Origin: Bacteroidia bacterium
GTDB taxonomy: Bacteria > Bacteroidota > Bacteroidia > NS11-12g > UBA955
NCBI GenBank assembly: GCA_044371405.1
Contig: JBILTS010000002.1
Coordinates: 1 to 45,721, forward strand
Reading direction: 5' to 3'
Length of the DNA: 45,721 bases
Part shown: in pieces, positions 44,746-45,721 of the stretch
How the letters are laid out: every line of letters begins with the position of its first letter
Position numbering within the stretch: the stretch's first letter is position 1
Made by a program: the position numbers and the translations under genes
Notes under the pieces: generated by a model
What the model was told of the DNA's origin: nothing
Database searches by the model: none
What the model saw: only the letters and a program-made list of their open reading frames with translations

Positions 44746-45627
44746 ATGTCTACTTTGTCAAAAGAAATCTCCAGGTCTATTCAGCAATATGAGTTTAAAT
44801 CCGGGCTAACACAGGAGTTTGAAATTGTAGACTTTGAAAAACTTTATCATAACAGCCGGGAGCTTTTGGCTACACCCCACAGATCGGGATTCTACCACAT
44901 TCTTTGGACCACTGAAAATTCCGCAACGCATCATATTGACTTTAGTCCGCTCATCACAAATCCTGGTAACATCCTGTTTATACACAAGGACATGGTAAAG
45001 CAATTTGATCCAACCACTGTAAGCAAAGGAAAGCTATTATTATTTACAGACGCTTTTTTCAGCACACAGGAACATCACAGCCACTTCCTCAATACAACCG
45101 TTTTATTCAATGATTACTTTCGTGTTGCAAAAATTGAAAGAGAAAACAACTTATTAAAACAAATCTTCAACCAAATTGAAGAAGAGTTTAATCAGTCCTT
45201 CGATCAGCACAAGTCAATAATTCTTCGCAACCTTTTGCAAAATTTACTGATGCATTGCGAAAGGTTATACCGTAAAAATCATTTAATAGAAATCAACAAA
45301 GGGACTGAACTGAACATATTAATATCTTTCAAAAAACTATTGGAAGAAAATTACAGAGAAAACAAAATCGTATCGTTTTATTCATCCCGGCTCAATATCA
45401 CAGAAAAGAAATTATCGCAGTGCACTTTTCAAACTATTGGTAAAACACCAAAAGAGATGGTTAATGAACGAGTAATACTTGAAGCCAAACGATTATTGGC
45501 ACATACAGATTTAAATATTAAAGAGATAGGTTTCTATTTGGGTTTTGATGAAGCAACCAACTTTGTTAAGTTTTTTAAGAAGATAACCCACACAACTCCT
45601 ATGCTATTCCGAAAACTTTACCGCTAG
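44746..45627 (+). CDS. AraC-family transcriptional regulator
   Basis: C-terminal double HTH (VSFYSSRLNITEKKLSQCTFQTIGKTPKEMVNERVILEAKRLLAHTDLNIKEIGFYLGFDEATNFVKFFKK). N-terminal ligand/dimerisation-like domain. Confidence 0.88.
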   Translation: MSTLSKEISRSIQQYEFKSGLTQEFEIVDFEKLYHNSRELLATPHRSGFYHILWTTENSATHHIDFSPLITNPGNILFIHKDMVKQFDPTTVSKGKLLLFTDAFFSTQEHHSHFLNTTVLFNDYFRVAKIERENNLLKQIFNQIEEEFNQSFDQHKSIILRNLLQNLLMHCERLYRKNHLIEINKGTELNILISFKKLLEENYRENKIVSFYSSRLNITEKKLSQCTFQTIGKTPKEMVNERVILEAKRLLAHTDLNIKEIGFYLGFDEATNFVKFFKKITHTTPMLFRKLYR

Positions 45628-45721
45628 TCGGACAATTACCATATAAAGGCACTTTTTTATCATCATAAAAAATAGGTGCAGAAACACCTTTGAAGCATAT
45701 ACTTCTAAATATGCTTTCCAG

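Noticed and set aside
45674-45716. Two small hairpins downstream of the AraC-family gene as possible terminators
   Set aside because: The stems are only 5 and 8 bp and there is no following U-tract. I could not distinguish a terminator from an operator or from chance, so they are mentioned only under the AT-rich edge finding.
1-45721. Search for CRISPR arrays, tRNA/rRNA genes, IS elements, integrases, toxin-antitoxin pairs or other defence-island hallmarks
   Set aside because: No spacer is long enough (the maximum is about 166 nt). I saw no repeat-spacer periodicity, terminal inverted repeats, transposase, recombinase or nuclease-toxin motifs. The window reads as core chromosome.

Overview
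This is a gene-dense chromosomal segment, about 45 protein genes and almost no non-coding DNA, from a member of the Bacteroidota. Evidence for that assignment: gldD/gldE gliding genes, a T9SS C-terminal sorting domain, TAnnTTTG promoter boxes, near absence of Shine-Dalgarno sites, and mutY-ssb-gldE-gldD synteny. Content is mainly housekeeping. It includes truB, uvrC, murI, two skp/ompH paralogs, rpsF-rpsR-rplI, rpmH-rnpA-yidD, metG, RNase G, HU, mutY, ssb, parC, secG, hutU, tex and gluQRS. It also includes a sigma-54 activator, a P-type ATPase, an MMPL/RND transporter and a PIF1/RecD-like helicase. I found no rRNA, tRNA, CRISPR array, IS element, integrase or prophage remnant, and no unexplained coding gap longer than about 170 nt. 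I cannot point to a clear self-contained novel system such as a defence island. The most interesting signals are architectural or regulatory: (1) full GGAGG Shine-Dalgarno sites occur only in front of rpsR and rplI; (2) a 29-codon lysine/arginine-rich ORF missing from the ORF track looks like ribosomal protein bS22 and sits just upstream of RNase G, mirroring rpmH-rnpA; (3) all four convergent gene junctions have stop codons overlapping in a 4-bp YTAA box with no terminator; (4) a divergent gene pair has overlapping 5' ends, each promoter box lying inside the other gene; (5) several exact TAnnTTTG boxes lie only 4-7 nt from start codons, implying leaderless mRNAs. Candidate function-unknown modules are lipoprotein/LuxE-like/MMPL, the sensor-less sigma-54 activator with lptE-acidic protein-secG, and lipoprotein plus an atypical P-type ATPase. 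All functional calls rest on my reading of the translated ORFs and motifs; no database search was run.
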